Shown here piece after piece: positions 1 to 12,982 of a stretch of 64,000 nucleotides of DNA. The position numbers and the translations under genes were made by a program. Source of the DNA: Squalus acanthias (Eukaryota); NCBI GenBank assembly GCA_030390025.1, contig CM059432.1:12896001-12960000 (forward strand). Reading direction: 5' to 3'. The notes below the pieces were generated by a model, which was not told the DNA's origin, ran no database searches, and saw only the letters and a program-made list of their open reading frames with translations. Numbering within the stretch: the stretch's first letter is position 1; the number at the start of each line of letters is the position of its first letter.

Positions 1-1959
1 GTGGTAATGGGGCGCGGTAAGGCTATCGACCCCATTTTGAAGCCGTTACCACCCTGCTATCACCAGATGAAGGCACTCAAAATCGACCCGCTGTGAACCA
101 GAATGTGCCTTTACCTGCCAATACCCCGGTAAATATAGCAAAGTCCAGAGGTTGAACAGAGAACCCTTGTCACCATAAGCTGGTTTAATGGAACATCATG
201 TGCTACTACACGAACCCTTCATCTTTAGTCAGTAGATATGCTCTATGAGACTATTGTTCAAGCTATAAACCACTAGATAAATGTATTGAACTTTAAGACA
301 AGGAAATGAACAGTAATCAGTAGAAATACTGTATTTCCATTAATTATAAACTTTCCTAATGACCTCAGAGTGTCAAAAACAACAAAACTACTCCTTCCAG
401 TCAATATTAAACTGATCCTTGATGTGGTTCCAGGTTCCTTGGAAGACAGCAAGAACAAAGGACATCAAAACCGTATCTCTCGTAACTATTACTTAGGTAA
501 TCAGACATTCAAAATGGTGCAGGCCCACAAAAATACGGCTGCCTAGCAAACACCTGATGTAAACAGAGTCACGGGATGCTTGTAATAGAATGGAATGGCT
601 GAACTCATGGTCAGTTCCAAAACAACTTTGAATCATCTGTGAAATGGATCGCCATCCAAGAACAATGGCAGCAACTGAACCATGTCTAATAAAGCCTTTG
701 GCGTGCCTGCTCATAATGTATATTCTCTGTTCGTAGAAGCGACTAGCAGTTACCAGGTGTAACCCTCTGTGTGCTGTGACTATCGAGAAAGAATTTAATA
801 AATGATCGAGCGTAGCCAAAAATGCTTCATTTTTTTGTCGTACCAAGTAACAATTCTATATTTTATACCGCACTGACTAGGTATATGAAGCCTGCCGGTG
901 GAAGAGTTAACTGTGTGCTACGTATCGCTCCATCTCCCAACGTGCGTTGTGTTTCCAGATCCATCTCCCATCTTTAAAGTCATTCATTCTGTCAGACAGC
1001 CAGGTCACTAATGGCTTATATTATTTGGAGGTCATTTATCCATATCCATGTTTTGCTCCATAGATAACTTCAGTAGTATCCTAGGATACACACTGATGAT
1101 CCTAGCACACATCATCTGCAAGTAGGCCTAAAGATCTTGTGCCAGTAGCTGGCATTGATCTGTAACCGCGTGAAGGATTTGAGATTAGGTCTACCTGCTT
1201 CACTTTTCCACTATGGGAAGTGACCGACGTTTAGAGCAGCGTTGAATCACCGTGAGGATTTAGATGACTTAAAAAGGCTCATTTTCATTATTTTCTCAAG
1301 CTGCCTAAACACTTCAGTCTGTGTTTAATAGAAGGATGTTGACTTGGGCAGGGGTTGAGGGCTTGAGTTGGCCACAGCTGTGTGAGGGTAGAATAAGTGG
1401 CCTCCTGCTCCAAAGGTAGCCATGGCGGAGAAACTTCCAGTGGGTAAAGCCACAGTGCGAGTTGGCAGCCTTTAAAGGTCCCGTCCACATTGACTTCCAT
1501 TATCTTCCTCAGATCAAAAAAAAACCCCCAGGTGATACCAGGTACCAAAGAGATGTCTGCAGCCCCTATAAAAGAGAACAAATGACTCACTTTATTAAAT
1601 AATGTACCTCGGAGTGTTTGCTCAGATCACGGACAATCATTTATTGAGAACATATCACCTTGAAAAGGGCTCTGCTCGGAATAGCTAAATAAATATATAT
1701 TTTTTTAATACCATTTGATTGAAAAAATGCTCGAGTTGGCCAGAATCTCAGTTTGAGCAGGAAGTGGATGACAAATCCATGATTAAAATAAAAAGCAGAA
1801 GTGCGTGGTGCTTCCAGTGCAAGAGCTTCCAGGAAAGAGTGGGCTAGAATTTATATCGGCGTGAAATTTTTGGTTCTTATTAGTCAAGCGTAATCAGCTG
1901 ACTTGGTAACAACACACCCAGGAACAGTACCCAGCCGGGTTGAAATCGTAGTGCCCAGT

Positions 1960-2535
1960 GTGATATTGAGACAAGGAGGGTCACAGATTCAATCCCTGAA
2001 TAGAGGCACTTACATCGAATTTACAGCACCGAAACAGGCCATTTGGCCCAGCTGGTCCATGCCGGTGTTTATGCTCCTCACAAGTCTCCTCCCACCCTAC
2101 TTCATCTCACCCTATCACCCTATCAGCTATTCCTTCTATTCCTTATCTAACTTCCCTTTAAATGCATCTATGCTATTCGTCTCAGCTACTCCTTCTGTGC
2201 TTTTATAGCTGATCTTGGCCATGGACACAGTAGGAGTGCTGCAATTGGGCCTCGGTGTCTTCTGGACTAGGGGTGCTAAGTATCAACCGTGGTTGTCACA
2301 CCTGATTGCTACCCAGTGCCCTGCGCTGGTAGGTATGTGCACGTGGATGTGAACATGAGAACATGATTGAGTTAAGCAGTGATGTGCCTCATAGTTGAAC
2401 AGTCTGGCAACACGCGCTGTCGAGGCTCATGCGCATGAAGCATGACCGCATGGACGAGGTACCAGAGAGCTGCTGGCACCTATGGGACTATACTGCTACA
2501 TGTCAATGGCACAGGGAGAAGGAGAGGAAGGGGAG
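1960..2535 (+). mobile_element. Degenerate MamSINE1-like ancient SINE, interrupted by a CR1 3' fragment
   Basis: Ordered motifs gctgatcttggcc..tgcaattgggcctc..cctgattgctacccagtg..tgtgatg..gaggtaccagag. Similar blocks occur at 58230-59080 and, inverted, at 51090-51340. Family name is from recall. Confidence 0.55.
2015..2196 (-). mobile_element. CR1 LINE 3' end fragment
   Basis: Reverse complement of a CR1 3' UTR (gggccaaatggcctgtttcggtgctgtaaa). Same type as the 20710-20985 tail. Confidence 0.75.
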
Positions 2536-2544
2536 AAAGCGAGA

Positions 2545-2910
2545 ACGTTTTAAAATAAGAAGGGTTTAGATTGAATAGACAGGGAGAAATTGATTCTACT
2601 GGCAGGAGGGTCGGTAACCAAAGGACACAGATTTAAGGTAATTGGCAAAAGAACCAGCAGGGAGATGAGGGGAATGTTTTATATGCAGCAATTTATTGTG
2701 ATCTGGAATGCACTGCCTGAAGGGGTGGTGGAAGCAGATTCAATAATAACTTTCAAAGGGGATTTGGATATAGACTTGAAAAGAGAAAAATTGCAGGGCT
2801 TTTGGGAAAGAGCAGGGGGAGTGGGACTAATTAGCTCTTTCAGAGAGCCGGCACAGGCACGATGGGCCGAATGGCCTCCTTCTGTGCTGTAAGACTCTAT
2901 GATTCTATGA
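2545..2910 (+). mobile_element. CR1 LINE 3' end
   Basis: ORF2 C-terminus TKGHRFKV..WNALP, followed by the 3' UTR gggccgaatggcctccttctgtgctg and a (attctatg)-type tail. Confidence 0.9.
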
Positions 2911-3289
2911 TAAGAAAATGCATGTGTGATGCTGCTATCTGAGTTTTGATAAACCAGGAGCAGTACAGCACTGGAACCGAGAGACGAATGTGCAAACCTG
3001 GATCGGGTGGAATCCGTGTAGCGGAGGAAGGTGTGAAGTTGTAGCTCTGAAGCTGGTGCAGGTGGGAAGGCACAGACTGAGCCACAACACTGTACGTTGA
3101 CCCAACATACCAAGAAAGAAGGCAAGACCCACGGAAAGCACCAGAGTTGGAGGCGGTTACTGACAGTAAACAAGGAAAATAAATTAATGTGGACAACCTG
3201 ACCGTTTAGTGTTTAATGTATTTATTTGTGTCACAAATTGTGAATTTTTTTCTCTTCTATTCCCAGTGGCTATATAAAAGTTTTCTTCA

Positions 3290-3815
3290 GCCCATCTTTG
3301 AAAGCGCTATCCAATTAGTCCCACTCCCCTGCTCTTTCCACATAACCCTGCAATTTTTTTTTCCTTTTCAAGTACATATCCAATTCCCTTTTGAAAGTTA
3401 CTATTGAATCTGCTTCCACCGGGTCCCTTTCAGGCAGTGCGTTCCAAATCGTAACAACTCGCTGCGTAAAAATCATTTATCCTCATCACCCCTTTGGTTC
3501 TTTTGACAATTATCTTAACTACGTGCCCTCTGGTTACCAAGCCGCCTGCCAGTGGAAACACTTTCTCCTTATTTACTCTTCAAAACCCCTTATAATTTTG
3601 AACATGTCTATTAAACATCCCCTTAACCTTCTCCGCTCTAAGGAGAACAATCCCAGTTTCTCCAGTCTCTCCACATAACTGAAGTCCCCTGGTATCATTC
3701 TGGTAAATCACCGTTGCATCCTCTCCAAGGCCTTGACGTGCTTCAGAAGTGCGGTGCCCAGAATTGGACACAATACTCTAGCTGAGGCCTAACCAGTGAT
3801 TTATAAAGATTTATG
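3290..3815 (-). mobile_element. CR1 LINE 3' fragment
   Basis: Reverse complement matches the CR1 ORF2 C-terminal region of other copies such as 7400-7900. Confidence 0.85.
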
Positions 3816-3831
3816 CTGAAAAATCATCAGG

Positions 3832-4260
3832 GGGCAGCACATCCTAGATATTATCACCACACAGATCAACCACAAATGACAGATGATGTCGCCGAAGGGC
3901 TGCATGTAGATGAGGAATAGGTGGGAGCCAAGGATATAGATCCTTGCAGGGCTCCAGAGGTAACGGTGCAGGACGGGAAGAGAAGCCACTGGATAGGTAA
4001 CATTGGAACCAAGCAAAGGCAGTCCCACTCAGCTGGACAACGGAGGAGAGGCGTTGGAGGAGCATGGTGTGTTCGACTGTGTCGAAGGTTGCAGACTGGT
4101 CGAGAAGGATGAGGAACGATAGTGCACCATGGTCACACTAACAGAGGATGTCACTTGTGACTTTGAAAAGGTGTCATTTCAGTGCTGTGGCAAGGGTGGA
4201 AACCTGGTGGAGAGGTTCAAACATGGAGGTTACGGAGTTTGCGGTGCGGTTGAAGACAAT
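3832..4260 (-). mobile_element. L2-clade LINE RT fragment
   Basis: Minus-strand translations VVQLSGTAFAWFQCYLS and ILGSHLFLIYMQPFGDII resemble L2 RT. The sequence continues across the 4261-8129 insertion (gaagacaat|ggcttc). Confidence 0.7.
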
Positions 4261-4794
4261 GGGGTGAATTGTAACACTCAAAAACAGTTGGGTTGGGGTC
4301 GGGTCAGATGTTAAAATGTTAAAAATCTGAAACCCGACCCCAACCCAGCTCAAACCCGCCCACGTCCGGGTTTAATGGAGGCGAGACAATGGACGGGCAG
4401 CCAATCCGCTCCCAGCAGGTGGGTTGGTAATTTAAATATTTTAATGAGGCTGGAAGCCTCTGATTCAACCTGCTGTGCAGGTTTAACTGTGGCCAGCCGG
4501 GTTTCCCAAGGCCTGGCAGCTGAAGGGAGGTGAGGACAGCGTCGGGGAGAAGGTAAGTGCCTTTACAGCACTGCTTGTGGGCCAGGAGGACCAGGAGTGC
4601 CTCCCCACGGCCCCCCGTAATCCGGTCCCCTCCCAGGAATCAGATTCCCCAGGATCGGAGATTGGCAAACCCCCGCCAGTGTCGGGAATCGGACGCCCCC
4701 ACCGGGTTCGGACCCCCTCCTGGAGTCGTGGATCAGAACTACCAGCTCCATAGGTCTGTGCTGGAGTCCTCCCCGCCTAACTGACAGCCAAGTC

Positions 4795-7700
4795 ACAGAG
4801 CGACTGCAGAACATTCTGAGGGGGGGAGGATGAACAGCAAGAGGTCGTGGTCCATATCGGTACCAACGACACAGGTAGAAAGAGGGATGAGGTCCTGCAG
4901 GCAGATTTTAGGGAGCTAGGAAAGAGAGTAAAAAGCAGGACCTCAAAGTATGTAATCTCCGGATTACTCCCGGTGCCACGCGCGAGTTAGTATAGAAATA
5001 GGAGGATAGTGCAGATGAATGCGTGGCTGGAGAGATGGTGCAGGAGGGAGGGCTTCAGATTCCTGGGGTATTGGGGCCGGTTCTGGGGGAGGTGGGACCT
5101 GTACAGGTCGGACGGGTTGCACCTCAACAGAGCCGGTACCAATATCCTCGCGGGGAGGATTGCTGGTGCTGTTGGGGAGGGTTTAAACTAAGTTGGCAGG
5201 GGGATGGGCACCAGGATGTAGCATTAGAAAGGAGAAACAAAGGGCACAAAGGATTGGGAGAGACGGATAGCAAGTAAGAAATAGTGCGGTATTAGGTGGG
5301 GTCAGACTAAGAGAGAACACAGGAGGGTCTAAGGTAGGTTTCCAGTGTATGTATATGAACGCATGAGGCATAGTAAACAAGGTTGGTGAGCTGCAGGCGC
5401 AAATAGCCACATGGGAATATGATGTCGAGGCAATAACGGAGACCTGGCTCAAAAAAGGGCAGGATTGGGTATTAAATATTCCTGGATATAAGGTGTTCAG
5501 GAAAGATAGGGAAGGAAAGATAGGAGGTGGTGTGGCAGTATTGGTCAAGGAGAATGTTACAGTGCTGGAGAGAGAGGATGGCCTGGAGGGGTCAAGGACA
5601 GAATCTATATGGCTAGAGTTAAGAAATAATAGAGGTGTATTCTATAGGCCACCAACTAGTGGGAAAATATGAAGGAGCAAATTTGCAGAGAAATTACAGA
5701 GAGATGAAAGAACTATAGTAGTGATAATGGGGGACTTCAACTATCCAAATATAGACCGGGATAGTAATAGTGTAAAGGGCAGAGAGAGGGAAATATTTCT
5801 GAAGTGTGTTCAGGAGAACTTTCCTGATTTTTATGTTTCCAGCCCAATGAGAAAGGAGGCATTGCTGGATCTGGTTCTGGGGAATGAGGTGGAGCAAGTA
5901 GAGTGAGTGTCAGTACGTGAACATTTAGGGAACAGTGATCATAATATCAGAAGGTTTAGATTAGCTATGGAAAAGGACGGGGAGCAATCTAGAGTAAAAA
6001 TACTTAATTGGAGGAAGGCCAATTTCAGTGGGATGAAAATGGATCTGGCCCGGGTAAATTGCAATCAAAGATTGGCAGGCAAAACTGTAGTGGAACAATG
6101 GGCTGCCTTTAAAGAGGAAATAGTCAGGTACAGTCGAGGTACATTCCCACTACGGGGAAAGGTAGGGCAACTAAAATCAGTGCTCCCTGGATGACGAAAG
6201 AGATAGAGAGTAAGATGAAGCAGAAAAAGAGTGCATATGACAGATGTCAGGTCGAGAATACATCTGAGAATCAGGCTAAATATAGAAAGTTCAGAGGAGA
6301 AGTGAAAAAGAAAATAAGAGGGGCAAAGAGAGAGTATGAGAATAGAATGGCAGCTAACATAAAAGGTAATCCAAAAGTCTTCTATAGGCATATAAATATT
6401 AAACAGGTAGTAAGAGGAGGGGTGGGGCTGATTAGGGACCAAAAAGGAGACATATGCATGGAGGCAGAGGGCATGGCTGAGGTACTAAATGAGTATTTTG
6501 CATCTGTCTTCACCAAGGAAGAAGATGCTGCCATAGACATAGTGAAGGAGAAGGTAGTTGAGATACTGGATGGGATAAAAATTGACAAAGAGGAGGTACT
6601 AGAAAGGCTGGCTGTACTTAAAGTAGATAAGTCACCAGGACCAGATGGGATGCATCCTAGGACGCTGAGGGAAGTGAAAGATGAAATCGCAGAGGTACTG
6701 GCCATAATCTTCCAATCCTCCTTAGAAATGGGGGTGGTGCCAGAGGACTGGAGAATTGCAAATGTTACACCCTTGTTCAAAAAAGGGTGTAAGGATAAAC
6801 CCAGCAACTACAGGCCAGTCAGTTTAATCTCAGTAGTGCGGAAGCTTTTAGAAACAATAATCAGGGACAAAATTAACAGTCACTTGGACAAGTGTGGATT
6901 AATTAAGAAAAGCCAGCATGGATTTGTTAAAGGCAAATCGTGTTTAACCAACTTGATCAAGTTTTTTGATAAGGTAACAGAGAGGGTTGATGAGGGCAAT
7001 GCGGTTGACGTGGTGTACATGGATTTCCAAAAGGTGTTCGATAAAGTGCCACATAATAAGCTTGCCAGCAAATTGAAGCCCATGGAATAAAAGGGACAGT
7101 GGCAGCATGGATACGAAATTGGCTAAGTGACAGGAAACAGAGTAGTGGTGAACGGTTGTTTATCAGAATGGAGGAGGGTACACAGTGGTTTTCTTGATAT
7201 ATATTAATGACTTGGACTTGGGTGTACAGGGCACAATTTCAAAATTTGCAGCTGACACAAAACTTGGAAGTATAGTGAACAGTGAGGAGGATAGTGATAG
7301 ACTTCAAGAGGACATAGACAGGCTGGTGGAATGGGCGGACACGAGGCAGATGAAATTTAACGCAGAAATAGAGGCATAGAGTACAAAAGTGTGGAAGTTA
7401 TGATGAACCTGCATAAAACACTGGTTCGGCCTCAATTGGAGTACTGTGTCCAATTCTGGGCACCACATTTTAGGCAGGATGTGAAGGCCTTAAAGAGGGT
7501 GCAGAAAAGATTTACGAGAATAATTCCAGGGATGAGGGACTTCAGTTACGTGGATAAACTGGAGAAGCTGGGGTTGTTCTCCTTGGAGCAGAGAAGAGTG
7601 AGAGGAAATTTGATAGAGGTGTTCAAAATCATGAGCGGTCTGGACAGAGTAGATAGAGAGATACTGTTCCCATTGGCGGAAGGGTCGAGAACCAGAAGAC

Positions 7701-7973
7701 ACAGATTTAAGGTGATTGGCAAAAGAACCAAAGGTGACACAAGAAAAAACTTTTTTACACAGCAAGTGGTTATGATCTGGAATGCACTGCCTGAAAGGGT
7801 GGTGGAGGCAGATTCAATTGTGGCTTTCAAACAGGAATTGGATAAGTACCTGAAGGAAAAAAAATTTCAGGGCTATTGAAAGGGCGGGGGAGTTTAACTC
7901 GCTGAAGTGCTCTTGCAGAGAGCCGGCACGGGCTCGACGGGCCGAATGTAACCATTCTATGATTCTTGATTCT
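4795..7973 (+). mobile_element. 5'-truncated CR1 LINE with ORF1 esterase end, APE endonuclease and RT, all disrupted
   Basis: Esterase DGLHLN motif, endonuclease IMGDFN and SDH motifs, RT motifs KSPGPDG/NYRPVSL/YMDFQK, attctatg tail, and a 5-bp TSD AAGTC (4790-4794 and 7974-7978). Confidence 0.95.
6191..7090 (+). pseudogene. Largest open fragment of CR1 ORF2 (N-terminal RT)
   Basis: 299-aa ORF with KSPGPDGMHPR, WRIANVTPLFKKG, QHGFVKGKSCLTNL and DVVYMDFQK. Frameshifted on both sides. Confidence 0.9.
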
Positions 7974-8129
7974 AAGTCTGTCAATCAGGCTGATTTCCGG
8001 GCGGGAAACCTGTCAAGTACAAAAGATGCACGGTAAAACTCCACAACATGTGGGGAAACCTGGGCGTTTCCCGTCCGTAACCCCACGCCCACCCCTGCCT
8101 ACGTAACCCGTCCTGTTAATGTTCAGGCC

Positions 8130-8935
8130 TATGGCTTCAATCTTCCCAATGTTTAACTTGAGTAAATTATGGCTCATCCAGTACTGGATATCAGGCAAGC
8201 AGTCTGACTGCACAGAGGCAATATAAACATACGGAAAATGGCAGACAGGAACAGACCTACTGTAGGAGTTGAGAGAGGTGGTGGAGAAGTAGACCTGGGT
8301 GTCATCAGCATAGATGTGGAAGCTGACCCCATGTCTGTAGATGATGTCGTCAAAGGGGAGCATGTAGATGGGGAAGAGGAGAGGGGACCAAGTAAAGATC
8401 TTTGAGGAATCCCAAAGGTAACGATGCTGGGGTGGGAAAAAGAAAAGAAAGACTTGCATTTCTATAGCGCCTTTCATGACCACCGGACATCTCAAAGCGC
8501 TTTACAGCCAATGAAGTACTTTTTAGAGTGCAGTCCCTGTTGTAATGTGGGAAACACAGCAGCCAACTTGCGCACAGCAAGCTCCCACAAACAGCAATGT
8601 GACAATGACCAGATAATCTGTTTTGGTTATGTGATTGAGGGATAAATATTGGCCAGGACACCGGGGATAACTCCCCTGCTCTTCTTCAAAATAGTGCCTT
8701 GGAATCTTTTACATCCACCTGAGAGAGCAGACGGGGCCTCTTTTTCATCTGAAAGATGGCACCTCCTAGAGTGCAGCATCCCCTCATCACTGCACTGGAG
8801 TGTCAGCCTAGCTTTATGTGCACATGTCCCTGGAGTGGGACTTGAACCCACAACCTTCTAACTCAAAAGGTGAGATGTGCTACCCACTGAGCCACAGCTG
8901 ACACTGTAAGGAAGAGAAGCCATTGCTGGAAACAC
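8130..8935 (-). mobile_element. L2-clade LINE RT fragment, interrupted by a SINE
   Basis: ORF 8013..8495 contains PLLFPIYMLPFDDIIYRHGVSFHIYADDTQVY (YADD motif) and LKLNIGKIEAI. Confidence 0.85.
8438..8904 (-). mobile_element. tRNA-derived Deu-domain SINE (SacSINE1-like)
   Basis: tRNA-like head with A box tggctcagtgg and B box ggttcaagtcc, Deu-like core (caggtggatgtaaaagat..cctggccaatatttatccctcaa), tail ggcgctatagaaatgcaagtctttc. Confidence 0.9.
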
Positions 8936-9257
8936 CAAAATTCCTGTTCAAAATCAGTGCACATTCACTGTAATCTGGGCAGGGTTGAATTGAGGGAGGA
9001 CCTGGTCACACTCGGTCCCTGTCCTTTGCTGCACCTGCCAAAATTTCCACTGGAAATAGAACAAATGCATAATATGCCTATTCGCATGTGATGACATGTA
9101 AATGAGGGAAATACATCATTGACGCATTTCTCTGTCCTTGGCGCCCGAGCAATCCTGGGCACAGGGGATACCCGAGTGTCCCTGGTGCCCAGTCGCATTG
9201 ATAAAGGCTTCGAGGCAGAATTTAAAAGGCAGGTTTTAACAATGCAACGTGAGTACC

Positions 9258-10175
9258 ACATAGTGGACTTGTTAGCAAAATCGAAGCCCATGGGATTAAA
9301 GGGGCAGTGGCTGCCTGCATACAAAATTGGCTAAGGGACAGAAAGCAGAGAGTAGTGGTGAATCATTGTTTTTCAGATTGGAGGGAAGCATGCAGTGCTG
9401 TTCCCCAGGGGTCGACATTGGGACCACAGCTCTTTTTGATATATATCAATGACCTGGACTTGGGTATACAGGGCATAAATTCAAAGTTTGCAGATGACAC
9501 AAAACTCGGAAATGTAGTAAACAGTGAAGAGGATAGTAACAGACTCCAGGAGGACATAGACAGACTGGTGAAATGGGCCAGACACATGGCATATGAAAAT
9601 GAATGCAGAGAAGTGTGAAGTGATTAATTTTGGTAGAAAGAATGAGGAGAGGCAATATAAACTAAATGGCCCAATTTTAAAGGGGGTGCAGGAACAGAGA
9701 GGCCTCGGGGTGTATGTACACAAATCTTTGAAGGTGGCAGGACAAGTTGAGAAGGCTGTTAAAAAGGCAGATGGCATCCTCGGCTTTATAAATATTCTGA
9801 AACTATGCCCCCGAATTCTAGATTTCCCCACGAGGGGAAACATCCTCTCATAGAGTACAAAAGCAAGGGAGTTATGCTAAACCTTTATAAAACAATGGTT
9901 AGGCCCCAGCTGGACTGTTGTGGCCAATTCTGGGGCACCACATTTTAGGAAGGATGTCAAGGCCTCAGAGGAGATTTACTAGAATGGTACCAGGGATGAA
10001 AGACTTCAGTTACGTGGAGGGACTAGAGAAACTGGGGTTGTTCTCATTAGAGCAAAGAAAGTTAAGAGGAGGTTTGATAGGAGGTGTTCAAAATCATCAG
10101 AGGTTTTGATAGAGTAAATGAGGAGAAACTGTTTCCAGTGGCAGAAAGGTCAGTAACTAGAGGACACTGATTTAA
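9258..10175 (+). mobile_element. CR1 LINE 3' half, left part (continues at 16411)
   Basis: VPQGSTLGPQLFLIYIND..KFADDTKL. Breaks at gatttaa and resumes at 16411 with aaggtgattgg. Confidence 0.9.
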
Positions 10176-11293
10176 CATAAGAACATAAAAACATAAGAAA
10201 TAGGAGCAGGAATAGGCCACTTGGCCCATCGAGCCTGCTCCGCCATTCAATAAGATCATGGCTGATCTTGGGCTCAAAGCCACTTCCCCGCCCGCTCCCC
10301 ATAACCCTTCACTCCCTTATCTTGCAAAAATCTGTCTACCTCCACCTTAAATGTATTTAATGACCCAGCCTCCACGGCTCTCTGGGGCAGAGAAGAATTC
10401 CACAGATTTACGACCCTCTGAGAGAAGAAATTCCTCCCCCATCTCAGTTCTAAAAGGGCGACCCTTTATTCTGAAACTATGCCCCCGAGTTCTAGATTCC
10501 CCCACGAGGGGAAACATCCTCTTTGCATCTACCTTGTCGAGCCCCCTCAGTATCTTATATGTTCCGATAAGATCACCTCTCATTCTTCTAAATTCCAATG
10601 AGTATAGGCCCAACCTGCTCAACCTTTCTTCATAAGTCAACCCCCTCATCTCTGGAATTAACCTAGTGAATCATCTCTGAACTGCCTCCAATGCAAGTAT
10701 ATCCTTCCTTAAATAAGGAGACCAAAACTGTATGCAGTACTCAAGGTGTGGTCTCACCAATACCCTGTACAGTTGTAGCAGGACTTCCCTGCTTTTATAC
10801 TCCAACCCCCTTGCAATAAAGACCAACATTCCATTTGCCTTTTTGATTACTTGCTGTACCTGCATGCTAACTTTTTGTGTTTCATGCACAAGGACCCCCA
10901 GGTCCCTCTGAACTGTAGCATTTTGAAATCTCTCGCCATTTAAATAATAATTTGCTTTTTTATTTTTCCTGCCAATGTGGATAACCTCGCACTTTCCCAC
11001 ATTATATTCCATCTGCCAAATATTTGCCCACTCACAGCCTGTCTATATCCCTTTGCAGATTCTTTGAGTCCTCTGCACAACTTGCTTTCCCACCCATCTT
11101 TGTATCATCTGCAAACTTAGCTACATTACACTCGGTCCCTTCATCCAAGTCATTAATGTAGATTGTAAATAGTTGAGGCCCCAGCACCGATCCCTGTGGC
11201 ACCCCACTAGTTACCGTTTGCCAACCAGAAAATAACCCATTTATCCCGACTCTCTGCTTTCTGTTAGTTAGCCAATTCTCTATCCATGCTAAT

Positions 11294-12035
11294 GGCCCAG
11301 AAATTAAAGACGGAGCCTTCGTGCGGGGGTAAGGCTTCCCCGTGATATCTCACTGCGCGCCTGCCTTTTCATTCCGAGCTCGCACGAACTTGAGTTTCTA
11401 GATAGCAGCTGTGCAGTGCTTCCGTATCCCACAGACGCAGTTAATTCGTGCGAGCTGTGGGATCACGTGATTCAGTTACAGCCAATGGCAGCACACCATC
11501 TTTCATTCATAGTTTTCAGAGCAAGGGCTGTGAAAGCTATGAATCTATACCCCCCCAAAAGAACAGCTAAACCTCAATTAAATTTTAAAAAAAACATCAC
11601 ATTCATAAAATAAGTATAGTTAAATAAATTAACCACTTTAAACAAAAAATTAAATTTTTGAAAAAATTTAAAATCTTTTAAAAAGTTATAAAAATAAACT
11701 TACCTTTCTTTAAAGTCTCTAAAAAAGATATACCTGTTGAAAAAAATTCAAAATAATACTTAATTAACTACTTACCTTGTTAAAAGAGGGTCTTACGCCT
11801 CCTTTCTTTATGTGCAAAATCTTCCATGCTTACCTGCGCGTTCAAAGCACTAAGTGCACTGCGTGCGCGCAGCCTGTAGCGCGCACGCGGTTCACTTAGA
11901 AACCGCCCCCTTTTGAAATCACCAAGTGCCGGTTTTCAGCGCATGCGCAGTGCATGCAGAAAACCGGCAATTGGAGACAGAATACGCGAGAGTACACAGT
12001 GCGTACTCTCGCGTAGCAAGACTAATTTTTGGGCC
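11294..12035. mobile_element. Harbinger-type MITE, local family A, copy 1
   Basis: TIRs ggcccagaaatta / taatttttgggcc with 3-bp flanks AAT/ATT. The CR1 host is restored on removal. Homologous to the copies at 48598 and 50043. Confidence 0.88.
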
Positions 12036-12645
12036 ATTATATTACCCCCAACTCCGTGAGCTCTTATCTTATGCAGTAACCTTTTATGTGGCACCTTATC
12101 GAATGCCTTCTGGAAATCCAAATACACCACATCCACTGGCTCACCTTTATCTACCCTGCTCATTACATCCTCAAAGAACTCTAGCAAATTTGTTAAACAT
12201 GATTTCCCTTTCATAAAACCATGCTGACTCTGCTTAACTGCATTATGATTTTCCAAATGCCCTGCTACCACTTCCTTAATGAAGGACTCCAGCATTTTCC
12301 CAACGACAGATGTTAGGCTAACTGGTCGATAGTTTCCTGCTTTCTGTCTCCCTCCTTTCTTAAATAGGGTTGTTACATTTGCGGTTTTCCAATCTGCTGG
12401 GACCTCTCCAGAGTCCAGGGAATTTTGGTATATTGCAACCAATGCATCCACTATCTCTGCAGCCACTTCTTTTAAGATCCTGGGATGCAGACCATCTGGG
12501 CCAGGGGACTTGTCATCTTTTAGTCCCATTATTTTACCAAGTACTTTTTCCTTAGTGATAGTGATTGTCTTTAGTTCCCCCCTCCCTGTGGCCCCTTGAT
12601 TATCCATTATTGGGATGTTGTTAGTGTCTTCTACCGTGAAGATTT

Positions 12646-12982
12646 GAGCTGGATTTTCAATGACCCGTGGAGTCGGGTTTGGAGGCGTGTGGGGGGTTAA
12701 AGTTGCAGATTCGGGGGTCCCGACCCCATCCCGCCTCCAACCTGCCTCCATGCAATTTTGATGAAATCGTGTGCAGTGTTCCCGACTCCGTCCCGCCTCC
12801 AAGAGGCGGGAGAGGCCATTAAAGCCCTTAACAAGCCCTAAATTGGCTCTGTAATGCCATTTTGAAAAGTTTTAGCTAGTTTAACCCTTTTCCGACGTGA
12901 AGCACGCCTGATGTGAAACACGCCTGTGAAACCTGGCGGGAGCACAATGACCTCAACTCGACCCCAAGACAAAATCTAGCCC
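12646..12982. mobile_element. Harbinger-type MITE, local family B, short or chimeric copy
   Basis: Termini gagctggattttc / aaaatctagccc. The first ~300 bp closely match the left part of 22115-22797. Confidence 0.85.

Larger units (their letters stand above)
4261..8129. mobile_element. Harbinger-type non-autonomous element (local family D), split by a CR1 at 4795-7973
   Basis: Termini ggggtgaattgtaac / gttaatgttcaggcc with 3-bp flanks AAT/TAT. The body is homologous to 28177-28951 and 54980-55650. Confidence 0.65.

Noticed and set aside
8835..8904. tRNA genes at A-box/B-box motifs (also 17410, 27320, 51030, 52670, 58840)
   Set aside because: These are SINE heads continuous with the SINE body, not standalone cloverleaf genes.
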